From the NCBI RefSeq assembly GCF_018977255.1, contig NW_024704756.1:6138001-6202000 (forward strand): a DNA stretch of 64,000 nt. Reading direction: 5' to 3'. The stretch comes from Callorhinchus milii (taxonomy: Eukaryota). The position numbers and the translations under genes were made by a program. This document shows, in pieces, positions 26,591-38,559 of the stretch; within the stretch, counting starts at the first letter, position 1; the number at the start of each line of letters is the position of its first letter. The notes beneath the pieces were generated by a model. It was not told the origin of the DNA, did not search any database, and saw only the letters and a list, made by a program, of their open reading frames with translations.

Positions 26591-27150
26591 TTTCTTGGGG
26601 GTCTGACACATCTGAAAAACCATCATCATGCTCAAGAGTAGCCAAACCAAATAGATAATTCCATGCATTCCACCTGCACATGGAAATTCCAGAGGGAGAT
26701 TGTTGGAATCCGCACTCTCTTCCTGGAGGGATGCATCCTGCCTACCTAATTCCGGAAAGTATTCGGTGCAGGTTGGGAGTGCAGGCTTGGTGCCCCAGAC
26801 TGTGCATTGGGGTACTGCTGGAGCCTGACCAGCTAAAACTGCATAGCTTGCCAAATCACTGTCCGCCAAGCTCTCCTGCTGCTTGTCTAGCTAGGACCAT
26901 CCTACCCGTTGGGGCTTTGGCTTGCAGGGTTAACAAGAGCTCAGTAAGATGACTCCCTGGGCCCAGTGAGTGGTGTGCCCTTCCACGTCCTGCCGATGAG
27001 GCCTGGATGGCTGTACTGTTATCAGCAGTACCCTGGAATACTGCGGACCCACCCGGCTCAGGAACCGGACTACCGAGACCACCAGAGGGCTGGTTTGATT
27101 CCAACATCCCATTGCCAAGCAAGTCATCTTGAAGCCAGTTCCGCTCCATG
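26591..27150 (-). mobile_element. Unclassified A-tailed retroposon family, longest copy (~560 bp)
   Basis: Shares catggaaat...gcactctct.cctggagggatgcatcc...gctaaaactgca.agcttgc with four other copies in the window. Confidence 0.8.
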
Positions 27151-27643
27151 GAGATCCTGCTTACCTCACCCCACCCAGGATAAATGTTCAACACATTTCA
27201 ATGTTTACCAACATTGATTACACAATATAAACAATGGGAACTGTGGGGACAATGTAAAATTTGCACCTGGGCTACAATTGCTTACTTATTGACAATGGCT
27301 GTAATCGACAATGTGTAAACAGCACTTTTTTAATAATAAAAAAATGTATCGACTGGTGATCAGCTTGATGTAAGCAAAACCTTCACTGTAAACAAAACCG
27401 TGGGAAAAGTTAGCATCGAAAATTTTTGCACACCCGCCCCCCACCAAAAAAAAATATATAATGTAAAGCAACAGTTAGTTACGCTTCACTGTGGCAAAGG
27501 CCCTTTATCGGCGCACACGATCTAAACTGCACCGACATCACAATCCGCTCACACAAACCACCAGACGCGCTCACCCCCCCCACACACACACACATAACCG
27601 TGTTAAGTTTTGAAGAGGAAAAGAAAATCTCAGCGACACTCAC

Positions 27644-27802
27644 CAGCTTGGGTTTATTTTTCAGATCGTCCTCGTTGGTTTTCTTCCTGGCGGCAGACTT
27701 GTCAGCTCTATCCCTGCAGCGGGGCGGCGAGTCATTTCCTGCCGCCGGCTGTGGAGGCGCCGGCGGCTGATGGTGGAGATGGTGCTGCTGTTGCTCTTCC
27801 AT
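27644..27802 (-). CDS. DIAPH2: Diaphanous-related formin 2, first coding exon (53 aa, MEEQQQHH...NEDDLKNKPKL)
   Basis: ATG in strong Kozak context (aaacATGG) inside a CpG island. The C-terminal NEDDLKNKPKL resembles human DIAPH2 NEEETKNKPKL. Followed by a GTGAGT donor, phase 0. Confidence 0.93.
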
Positions 27803-28257
27803 GTTTTACCCACCACCCCCACCAACCCCCTTCCCACTCCTCCTCCTCCTCCTCTCTTCCTCGGTTTCAGGCAACGGGATGATGAGACAACATAGAGAGA
27901 GAAAGAAAGAGAGGGCGAACGAGGCACAGAGCCAATCTCCCCCCAGTCCGGCACCCAAGGCGAGGTCTTCGTCGTTATTTATCCGCGTCGTTCTCTCAGC
28001 TCAGCGGAAACCATAGCACCCGAGACTCCCTTCCCATTTCACGGCCCCCTAAAAAAAAGGAGAGAGACAGCTTTGCTTCTCTTCTTCTTACTTTTATTTT
28101 CCTTTTGTTTCACCTCCCCCTCTCCTCTCCTGTTCTCCTCCTCCTCCTCCTCCCTCTCCGGGCAGAAGGAAGAGATGAGCTAAGAGACTACACACACACA
28201 CAAATAATAAAAGGTCGGCCTCGCCCAGTCTCCACCCTCGGGGAAGTGAGAACGCAC

Positions 28258-28366
28258 CTGAATTAAAGAGAAAAAGAAAAACCGCCCCTTTCCGTTACAC
28301 TGGGGGGTGGGGTTGGGGTGGAGAGGAGAGGAGACGAATGAAGAGCCGCAACGATAATACCCTTAC
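28258..28366 (-). other. Candidate 109-nt intron in the DIAPH2 5' UTR
   Basis: Minus-strand donor ATT|GTAAGG at 28366 and acceptor tttttctttttctctttaattcag|G at 28258. Confidence 0.45.
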
Positions 28367-28372
28367 AATCCC

Positions 28373-28560
28373 GTCTGTCTGTCTGTCTGTCTGGTCTGAC
28401 TCACTCACTCACTCACACACACACACACAGACACGAGGATGAGGCATAAGATATAAAAAGACGAGGGCCGCTTTGCGAGTGATTTTGTCGGTCACCTCAA
28501 CGAACTCTCGTCGTCGTCGTGGTCGTCCTTGTTGTTGTTGTTGTTGTCGCCGCCGCCGCT
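28373..28560. repeat. Compound microsatellites (TCTG)n, (TCAC)n, (AC)n, (GTC)n, (GTT)n, (GCC)n
   Basis: Directly visible simple repeats. Confidence 0.9.
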
Positions 28561-29213
28561 CGCGCGACGCAGACACCGACCGTTGGACGAGCTCACGCGC
28601 CGCCCACTTCAAACTGCCACCGGCGACCTCAGTCCGCCCACCCGCCCGCCCACGTGACAGCTTCGCCAGGCCTTCAAAAACCCGTTTGTAGCCCAAAGTC
28701 CCCCGCCCCGCCCCCGCCCCGCCCAAAAACACAACCAAAAAAAAAAGTAGCCCAATACGACGCGTGGTATCGCCCTCTGGTTCGCAGCAAAGTAGCCCAA
28801 TTTACTTACGTTTCGGGGGGTGGTGGGGGGGGGGTGGGGGAAACACGCCGCGTCTTCAAAACGGGGGAGGGGGGGGAGCGTTTTTTTTTAAGTCACCGGT
28901 CCCCGGCTAAAGCTGTGCTTTTTCATGCCCGCCCGCAGCGACAAGGACCCGCCCAATTGGGCGTGAACCCGCCCTTTCTGGCAGCGTCGTCCTTGCCGCT
29001 CCTCCCCCACGTGATTCCACTCCCCCCCCCCTCCCACTCCCCCCACTCCCCTCTCTCTCTCTCTCTCTCTCATTCAGTCTTTGCTCCTTTCACCACCGCA
29101 ACAGATGTGGCCGTCTCCCCGCCCCCCACACCCCACCCCTCCCTCCCTCCCGCCCGCCCGCCTCTTGGTTAAGTCATTCGACCAGGAGGGCCGTGTCAAT
29201 CACTCACGACCCT

Positions 29214-29428
29214 TAATAATAATAATAATACTCCTCGCATTTGATACAGCGCTTTTCACGTCGAGAGGACGTCCCAAAGCGCTTCACAGAACAGACTGTA
29301 AAGTGAATTGACTGTATATTTGTGGGCGAACGCGGCAGCCAATTGCGCACAGCAAGTGTCCCACAAACGGTCGTGGATTGAAAATGACCAATTTATTATT
29401 GTTTTATTTTGGAGGGATTATTATTACC
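29214..29428 (-). mobile_element. SINE 3' half, CpG-retaining
   Basis: Shared tail and body. Nearly identical to the copy at 29846-30105. Confidence 0.92.
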
Positions 29429-29555
29429 CAAACTGTCACATGTATCAATGCTGTTGGGCTCTGTATGAAGCAGAGACTGGATGCTGGTATTTGGGAAGAA
29501 AGGAAATCAAATAGCCAATGAGCCACGATGAAGGAATAGATGGATGGAAATATCC

Positions 29556-29841
29556 TTTTTTTTGGTCAGCCGGGTGCCCGACACGTGCCAAAACCCATCA
29601 CCATTCTTAAGAGTATCCCAACCGAACTGAGAATTCCACGCAGCCCCCCCCCCACACATGGAAATCCCAGAGATAGATTATCGGAATGAAATGCGCACTC
29701 TCTCCCTGGAGGGATGCATCCTGTGAACCTAATTCCAGAAAGTTCTAGGTGCAGGTTGGCAAGAGCCAAGGCTTGGGGACCACAGAGTGTGCGTTGGGGG
29801 TAACTGCTGGAGTCTAACCCGCTAAAACTGCACAGCTTGCT
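29556..29841 (-). mobile_element. Unclassified A-tailed retroposon copy, cut by a SINE
   Basis: T8 tract, then ggtcagccgggtgcccgacacgtgccaaaacccatcacc... up to gctaaaactgcacagcttgc. Confidence 0.82.
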
Positions 29842-29845
29842 ATTG

Positions 29846-29880
<35 letters not shown>

Positions 29881-30105
29881 CCTTGCATTTGATATAGCGC
29901 TTTTCACGTCGGGAGGACGTCCCAAAGCGCTTCACAGAACACACTGTAAAGTGAATTGACTGTATATTTGTGGGCGAACGCGGCAGCCAATTGCGCACAG
30001 CAATGTCCCACAAACAGTCGTAGATTGAAAATGACCAATTTAATTATTGTTTTTAGTTTTGGAGGGATTATTATTAGGCGTGTGGAGTAAGGAAACTTGC
30101 CCAAG
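29846..30105 (-). mobile_element. SINE with a long (AAT)n tail
   Basis: About 11 AAT units, then the consensus-like body to ggaaacttgcccaa. Confidence 0.92.
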
Positions 30106-30319
30106 GTATCACCATCTGGCAAGCTTTCCCACTGCTCGTCCAGCTTGGGACCACCCCTTCAGGACAGTTTGGTGAAGAAATATCTTCAGCCACCCGAGGG
30201 CTTTGGAGTGCCCAGCCTGGAGCGCTCTTATGAATATTATGAGAATGAAATGCTGGATTTTTTTTACCTCGTCAATGGCTCCCGTCCTGGATCCTGATGG
30301 CGAGGCTGATAGGATGGGC

Positions 30320-30960
30320 GCGGCTGAGAGAGGGGGTTGGGGTTGGGGGGGGGGGCGAGACCGAGAGGGCGGGGCGGGGGGGGCGTGCGATGAGACCGAG
30401 AGGGCGGGGCGGGGGGGGTGCGATGAGACCAAGAGGGCGGGGCGGGGGGGTGGGGTGCGATGAGACCGAGAGGGCGGGGCGGGGGGGTGCGATGAGACCG
30501 AGAGAGGCAGGACGGTGAGAAAAGCGGAGAGGCCAAGAGAGCGGGGAGGGGGGCCGGGGCTGAGAGATGGGGAGGGGGCGAGAGGGAGAGGGGGAGAGGG
30601 CGAGAGGGAGATGGGGGGGGGCGAGAGGGAGATGGGGAGGGCCGAGGCTAAGAGAGGGGGAGAGGGCGAGAGGGAGATGGGGGAGGGCCGAGGCTAAGAG
30701 AGGGGGAGAGGGAGATGGGGGAGGCTGGCGAGACCGAGAGGGCGGGGTGGGGGGGTGCAATGAGACTGAGAGAGGTAGGACGGCGAGAAAAGCGGAGAGG
30801 CCAAGAGAGCGGGGAGGGCCGAGGCTGGGGGGGTGGGTGGGGCGACACTGCGGAGGGAGTATGAGAGGGGTTGTGAGAGTGAGAGGGGGGAGCGCGAGAA
30901 TGGGGGAAGAGTAGTGAGGGGTTGAGCATGAGGTGGGGTTGAGTGAAGGGGGGGTGGGGG
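30320..30960 (+). repeat. G-rich minisatellite array
   Basis: About 5 copies of a ~30-35-nt unit gcgatgagaccgagagggcggggcggggggg, then gggcgagagggagatgggg units and a longer duplicated block (gagaaaagcggagaggccaagagagcggggaggg). Confidence 0.9.
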
Positions 30961-31060
30961 TGGACCTGAGGGGGTTCAGCATCAGGCTCCGCCACTGTTA
31001 AGCGTTCTGAGTCACTATCCCGCGTGAAGGGCGCTATATAAATGCAAGTTGTTATTATTG
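30960..31060 (+). mobile_element. L2 3' tail
   Basis: ctccgccactgttaagcgttctgag...gggcgctatataaatgcaagttgtt. Reverse complement of the tails at 17.7 kb and 52.3 kb. Confidence 0.8.
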
Positions 31061-34000
31061 CACATGACATCCCTATTACTTCTGAAGTGATACAGATAGA
31101 CACAGCACATTACCGTTAATCGCCTGCAGTGCTTTGAGACATCCTGCTGACTCGAAAGGTGCTAATATCAAACGGCAAGGATTAGTTTTATTATAGTAAG
31201 TGCTTTGAGACTTTGGCCATTGTCGGTGTTATATAATAACAATCTTTGCATTTGATACGTTGCCGTTCTGTTACTCATCCCTATTTATCACTACCTGACG
31301 CCTTCTATATCAGGGAATCCATAATCACAGGCAGAATGATCATCGCTGGGCAAATCCGAGGTATGAAATTTCACTTTGCAATTTCACTTTGCAATTTAGT
31401 TTCAATATCTCAGAGGTCACCAAGCAGGGCTAAAGTGGCAAGCAGTCCCCATCATTGGCTGCAGAAGATCGTCTGTCAGTACCATATTCCAACTTTGCTA
31501 ACTGTTATTGTTGGTTCATCTATTCCTCGTGAAACTAAACCAAATGTAGCCGTCCCCAGCGCAACCAGAAGCCAACACATTCCACATTCTGCGAGTACAA
31601 TCCAAGACTGACAAAAAAAAAGATATTTGACTCCTCATTCATAGCAAAGCATTAGAAATACAGTAGATTGCTGCTCATATATAACCTGGTTTAACCGTAC
31701 ATTTCTTATTCAAATCAGTACTCAAATGGAAGATGTGTCAAGCCATGGTTTGGGAGAAAATTTTCAAATTGCGTGCGTTGCAACACGGTTCGGGATTTTA
31801 CTTGAGCAACAAGTGATGGAGAAATTGATCCAGGTCAGTAAATGGAGAGAGAGACACACACAGATGTGTATATTAGAGAAACACATTCAGAGAGGCGTGC
31901 ACATGTACGCAAACACATAGACCTGAGTTCCATGCAGTTTTAAAATACATATTGTCCTAAATAGTGCAGATAGCAGGTTCTCTACTATGGTCAACATCAT
32001 AAAGGGAAGTGGGATGATAACTGAACAGAACTCAAGCAACGTTTTAACAACCCAAAAGGTGGGGAGATTCAAAATCTTCAGATGCTGGAGAACCATAGAT
32101 TTAAATGGAAGACAGTGTGATGCAACCCTAACGTTCTGAATGGGGGAATGTTACAACGCTTGAGCACGCACTGCATTGTAACTGGAGGGATTATGAATTG
32201 GCACCTTCGGACAAAATCGCAAAAAACGATAAATTCAATGATTATAATCAAATTATAAAGAAGTCAGTCAAGCTATTGTTTCGCGCCACTGATTTTTTTA
32301 CAATTTCTACCCCACATAGTAAAAATTCAATTGCCCCTGCAGAAATTACTTGATAAGCCCCGTCTCCAAAGTGTTTTGAATGCTATTATTAAATGCAAGG
32401 ATTATTACTAGATTACTTCACCACTGAAGTAAAGCCAATTATGTTCAAAATTTTCAAGCCCATTAGTTTTGAAGAAATGCATAGTAAATATAACGATATA
32501 GGGAAAAAATACAGTGCCATATTGACACGTCTGGTATACCTAAAACGGTCCTCGTGTTCCAGTTCTCATTGACAGGCCCCTGGAGCTTTGAGGAAGTGAA
32601 CTAATGGATCAGGAAGTTAAAAAATTCTGAGCAAACCCAACCAACAAGGGAAGGTCAGATGTGAGATCACCTCCCAAAGACAGTTGAAGAGCAGCATTTC
32701 ATAATGTGGAGGAAAGGAAGTGAAAAAAATAGAAAAATGGTCCAAAAGTGCTTACAGCAAACAGGAACGCAATGCAAAGAGCGATGGAAGATGACAACGG
32801 AACAGAAGCTAAAGATTCTAAAAGGAAAACAGAAGCTTATTTAAAGCATTCACTTATTTTGCCTTGGCAAAATTACAGGAACGCACTCGTTTAGGCTCAT
32901 TTATGAAAAAGAGTCATTTGGGTGAGGTGAGAGGAGTGTCTCATTCTCAAAACCATATCATTATCAGAGCTGACTGCCTCGAGGAGAGGCAGGGAGTGAA
33001 CCTTTTAAACATACAAAGGACTTTGGTTGAAGCTTCCAAACCTCATTTCACAAACAACAGAATGCTTTATAGCCAGATGAGGTTTGTATCCCAGCAATTT
33101 AAAATGGATTTGAACTTGTGTCCCAAAGGTGAAAGGCCAGTGTGCTGATGTGCATTATTACCCAGTCTTCCCTTTTAATTTGTATTGGTTTTGATAATCA
33201 ATATTCTGCTCATTTACTTTTTTTAATCGTCATTCCCCTCCCAACGCTCCTCACCCCCCTCCTCATCACTTCAACTGCTACCATTGATGTCAACCCCTGG
33301 AAAAAACACCCCCCATTCCCTTAGAACTGCCCTCAAGTCCTCCAAAATTAGGTTCATTAACCTCAACCTTACCTCTTCCATTAAACTTCTACACAACTCC
33401 CTCACTGCCATGCTCAACATCCTCGATCCTGCCACATCCAAAGTGCCTCTTGCTCTGCAAATCACTAGAACAGTCACTTCTAGTCCCTGAAGTCTGTGCT
33501 GGTGGACATTTTGACCTCTTGTTGTTTTGGCACTTTGTGCCATCTTTTCTCTTCTGGTTGCTCAGATATTTTTTAAGTTCTATTGTGCTTTAATCAGACG
33601 TCCAACTCCCATTCACTTGTGTATCCCGATCCTTTCACATTCATCTCTCATAAGGTTTGATATTATTATTGTATGATAGTAGATCCCAGTACCACTCCAG
33701 CTGGGGAAACATGTCAAGTGCACTAAGCTGCATAGTACAGCTGTACAATTAATTAGGCACAAAACTCATTAAATTAAATCCCTTTGCTCTGACCTGTTTT
33801 TTTTAAAATTCAAGCTTGCATCTGCTCCATCCCTACAGAGATGATTTGGCTGTCTGAACATAGTGAAAAATGAATTATAAATTGTTCCTACACGTCATCC
33901 CATCATATCACTCCGCCAAGTAAAAGCTGCGTACTCACTTGTAAATGAATATTGGGTCCGGAACTGAATAAAGAATATGAAGAGGTTTAGCTTCAATAAA

Positions 34001-34956
34001 AAAGGAATTAACGTGGTATTTGATTTTTCTCGACTACGACATCCCTGTCCTGTCCATTTCACATTAGGGAGCACTCGAGGCTCGTCTGGAAGTAATACAT
34101 GTAGTTCAGGTTAGGAAAGCATCAGTAGTTTATTGACAGGCAAATGCCCACTGTCAGAATTCCCAAGGAACTATCTGAGAGCACAAACAATATGGAGTAT
34201 GCTTTGAAGCTAATCAGCACAAGAGATTAACATTAGATTGGTTCTAAGGCCGACTGTAAAAGGGCCACTGTTAGTCACTGTTAATCACGCCATGGAAGGG
34301 AATGTCAGCTGAATATTGGAATTAGATGAGCACCAGGAGACTGAAAGTGGTCAGAGCAGTATTGAAAATACTGGCTCTGATGCCTTTATACACAAAAAAT
34401 AGATATTGTATTTGGAACGGGTTTAATGGCTATTTACAAACTAATTCTTTCCTTAAGCAGATGATCAGGCTTGAAACCAGGGTATTATAGAAAGATAGGT
34501 CTAGGAATCCAAACAGACAAATTCATTAAGGGTACTGTTCAGAGAAGACAAGCATTCCAGTAAAGTAATATTAGTTTGTTGAAGGAATTCAGAAGCAACA
34601 CAATATCTTAACACAACAAGAACACAAGGGCCCAAACAGCAGAGCTGAACACAACTTTGGTGCTAAAAATTGAAGGAGGCCCACAATCTCCGAGTAAAAC
34701 CTGGGATGGGGGAAAATGGAGCATTCTTCATCCTAATTTGGCAAATTAGACACAAATACGTGAACGTCAGTATTCATTTCAAAGTGTGTATATCATAGGA
34801 AAAGTTTAGAGAAGCTGTATGCAACAGGGGCTTTGAAATACACCGCACACCTATGTTTCTATTTTAACTCTGACTAATGAAGCTTTAAGACTTAAATTTT
34901 AAAATTTGAAGTAATAAATTATTTCTGTCAAAGGGTGTAACGGTGATACCCACTAA

Positions 34957-35066
34957 ATAATAATAATAGTCCTTGCATTTGATATAGCGCTTTTCACGTC
35001 TTCTAGACATCTCAAAGCACTTCACAGAATAGATTGTAAAATGAAACAACCGTGTATTTGTGGGCA
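34957..35066 (-). mobile_element. SINE 3' fragment
   Basis: aataataatagtccttgcatttgatatagcgcttttcacgtc. Confidence 0.85.
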
Positions 35067-35589
35067 AAATGTTAGATGTCTGAAGGCAAAGGCTGGTGCC
35101 TTGCTGTGTATTCTATTTTAGAAGATATTTTGGTGACTTATCCTGGCCGACTTATTTTGGTGCTTTGCGACATTAGTGGGCAGCAGTCCCTGCTCTGCTG
35201 CCCTGCAGATAACACTGACTGCAAAGACTGTTTTGCTGATACAAGCCAAACATTGGCAACTGTTCTGTAACATGTGACAACTGCTCATCAGATCACATGT
35301 AAATGTTATGCTCCCAAGGCCACTATGAGAGCACCAATGTGCTAGTTCACCATTTTGCCCTCAAAAGCCATTTTGCAAAGAATATAATGAAAATAAAAAA
35401 AAACTGCCAATTTCAAAAGGATTCAAGTGGGTGTTCCCACTGCATTTTTTTTTATCTGTGGCTTACACAGGCTTTAAAAACAAAGCAAGTTATTGAGGTC
35501 ATCCTGTTAATCTATACAATCCATTGTAGGATTGTGTATTTTAGTGAAAGAAAAAAAATGCATTGGTTATTTGAAATTTAATAGAAATA

Positions 35590-35891
35590 AGAATAATAAT
35601 CCTTGCATTTGATATAGCACTTTTTCACGTCTTCTAGACATCTCAAAGCGCTTCACAGAATAGACTGTAAAGTGAATTGCCTCTATATTTGTGGGCGAAA
35701 CGCGGCAGTCAATTGTGCACAGCAGTGTCCCAAAACAATCGTGGATTGAAGTGACCCAATTTTATTGTTTTGTTTTTTCTTGAAGAATTATTATTAGGCG
35801 TGTGGAGTAAGGAAACTTGCCCAAGCTGAGAATCGAACCCAGGTCTCTCACTTGCAAGGCGAGCGCTCTAACCACTGAGCTACAGGCCTCC
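35590..35891 (-). mobile_element. tRNA-derived SINE with intact head
   Basis: Minus-strand head GGAGGCCTGTAGCTCAGTGGTTAGAGCGCTCGCCTTGCAAGTGAGAGACCTGGGTTCGATTC (A box, and B box GTTCGA). Confidence 0.92.
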
Positions 35892-38559
35892 AGAGTAGAA
35901 AATATGAACTCTGGATTGTATCCAAGTTTATAACGACCAATGCTATTAAGTCTTCAAAATGCATGCCACATATTTTGACATTTAATGCTTGGCATCCACA
36001 CGGCTTTAAATACTCCTGGATATAGAAACTAATTTAGTTTCAGAAAAGTAATGGTATTGTTGCTTGTGTATTTTGAAAAACAAATTCATCAAAGTTGTCT
36101 ATTATTGCATAACTGTCAATGGTAATTAATCTTATTCTACAACTGGGATACTTGATGTTGCAGGAGGTTAACACACTGTCAATTTGCTTCTGGCACATTG
36201 ACTTGAATCTAGCCGAAACTGGTGAAATTATAAGGCTACTATACTAAATGTTCTTGGGCTAGTTCGTTGAGCCCAGCTCCATGGTAGAGAACAGTTCTCT
36301 ACCATGCATTGGTACAATAGGTTTTCAACTTTCAAACCCTCGCACCCCAAAAAAATAACAATGTTACTTAGTACAATGGTTTCATATATATGAACACATG
36401 AGTCAGTAGTCTTCTGACTTTTTTAAAACATGGTTTAATACTACTCCTCTATAAATCAATCATTATCGCATCATTGCAGGTTGCCTTATTTTACGTAATG
36501 TCTGCTTCTTAATGTGGGTTTAACTAGCATGATCCTGCGGTAATAAATTCAGGTCATGGTTAATTAACTCTGGAAAATATGCAGCAATTGTGCCAAAAAT
36601 AGGGTAAGCACCAAAAAGAACTACTGTGCTGTGGTAACATTGTGCAAAGTGGGTGGTAACATTACTACAGACAAGATAATTTCATTGCAGTTTCAAACTC
36701 TACATAATACTGACCAGCATTTTTGTTAACATTTTATCAAACAAGCATTTTAAATTAAATTGTTATCTTTACTGCATTGAGGTTTAAACTCCCAATTTCC
36801 TAAAGATTAAATGATGAAATAGAATATTTGGCAAGAGGTCCGTTATTGCTAACATGGAAGTGTGTAGTTGTTACATAGAAAGTATGTAGTATCTGGCGCA
36901 AAACTATTTGAATGCTGCAATGTTATATTGCGCTTAGATTGTTTCACGTCACATAAGCTTTGTGTTGAATAGATTTAGTCCAAAGTTTGCGAAGACTTTG
37001 TGGACTGGACTAAACTGCCAACTGCTTTGTATAATCTAATTATAAAACAGTGCTAACTACAACACAGAATCAAAACAATTGCTGCTGTGCAAACTGTTCC
37101 ACATAATTGCAACAGGGGGTTGTTCTATCAAGGGGATGGCCTTTCATTTAAACCAATTTTGAATGCAGTGTTAGAAACATTTGGATACAAACAAAAGCAG
37201 CTGACAAGTAAATGTAAGTTATTTGAGCATTACACCCCAGGCGGTGTAATGCTACACATCAGTTTGGTGCACTTTGCTGGACCACGATCTCAACAACACG
37301 AACCAGGTCAGTTTATTGGACAGGATCACTCACCCTCTGGCTCTTCCTCACCCGCATCACAGCGAAAACGCTCATCCGCACCTTTGTCACCTACAGACTT
37401 AATTCCTTCAGTGCGGTCTTCACCAGCCTTCCTAGCAAGTCACAAGATCCAGGTTATCCAGAACTCCATAAGCTATACACTTTCTCTCACAAGGATCTGT
37501 CAACCAATCGCACCGATCAGCTGTGTATCCCCTCCCCCACTACCTCTGCCACTGGTCACTGCTCCAACCTTTTCCAAACTGGCGGTAAAAGTCTCTGCAA
37601 TTAGTTGCAGCTCGGGGAGCAGCAGGAGCTACATATAACAGGAGGGGTGAGGAGTGGTCGGGGGATATGACAGAGTGGGGAGTAATGTGTACTCCAAGCC
37701 AGGCAGTGCTCCTGCAACCCCAGCACCTGCTCTATATGGGCTCCACATTCCTGTATTCCAAAAATGGACTTCAAGATCCTTATTCTGACTTTCGGATGCA
37801 TCTGAATCCTTGCCCTCTCCTAGCTCTATGTTACATTACCAATAAAAAAGGATTTTGTGTAAAATTTGGCAAGCAACAATTTAAGCCAAAAGTATCTCTA
37901 AAATGGCATCAAATCACCCTCTTCCCAGGACCAACCAGATGGTCAACCTGTTATCAACAAGAAATATCCCATCCTCTGCATTTTTTGTACCAGATGGAAG
38001 GCTACAAAAAGTACTGACATGCATTGACTGTTCCTGATATTTACGTTCCCTATCAAGACAGTGCCAGTTACAAATGGAAATTCACAGAATAGACAATCAT
38101 CAATCAGCATTGAAGCAATGCGCAGCTATGCACAAAACCTCAGCACCACTTGGAGCTATCTCTGTAATGAATAGCTTACAACATGCAGCAAGTCCTAATT
38201 TATGTTTAAATGAAGCTAATGGACTCTGCATTCTGGCATTGAACAACAACAACTTGTATTTATAGAACATCTCAGAGTATTTCACTCCACGCTTCCATGA
38301 TTTAAAAAAGAATTATTTCTAAAATTACCTAAGCAGATGCAAGCAAATGTTCATTGAATATGTTTATTCTTCTCAATTAGACATACTAATAGTGCAGAAT
38401 AAATTTTACAGATTATACCAGAGGTGCCCATTTAAAGGATAGAATTATGTTGGAGCCCCCTGCTGAAACCACTTGTGGAGACAGTATTGTCAGGAAATGA
38501 TTTGATTCATTGCAGTATATAAGCATTTAGTGCAAATCGATTTAATCTCTACCAAAGTT

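Larger units (their letters stand above)
27480..29200 (-). promoter_or_regulatory. CpG island / DIAPH2 promoter and 5' UTR
   Basis: Sharp rise in GC and CpG content. Tandem GC boxes (ccccgcccc at ~28700-28722), E-boxes CACGTG at 28651 and 29008, and several CCAAT motifs. Confidence 0.85.

Noticed and set aside
27479-27643. Continuation of the exon-1 ORF to 107 aa
   Set aside because: Read-through past the GTGAGT donor. DIAPH2 similarity resumes only in the exon at 12945.
28409-29311. Overlapping ORFs up to 217 aa in the CpG island
   Set aside because: GC-rich and microsatellite sequence lacks stop codons. The products are low-complexity with no recognisable family.
30345-30510. Regularly spaced ~33-nt repeats suggesting a CRISPR array
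   Set aside because: Tandem units with no unique spacers, no cas genes, and a vertebrate context.
30264-31103. Pro-rich ORFs (up to 236 aa) resembling a formin FH1 domain
   Set aside because: They are translations of the G-rich minisatellite and lie upstream of exon 1, whereas FH1 would lie far downstream.
37087-37638. 183-aa ORF
   Set aside because: Non-ATG start. The 3' part (KIQVIQNSISYTLSLTRICQPIAP) is a decayed L2 fragment.
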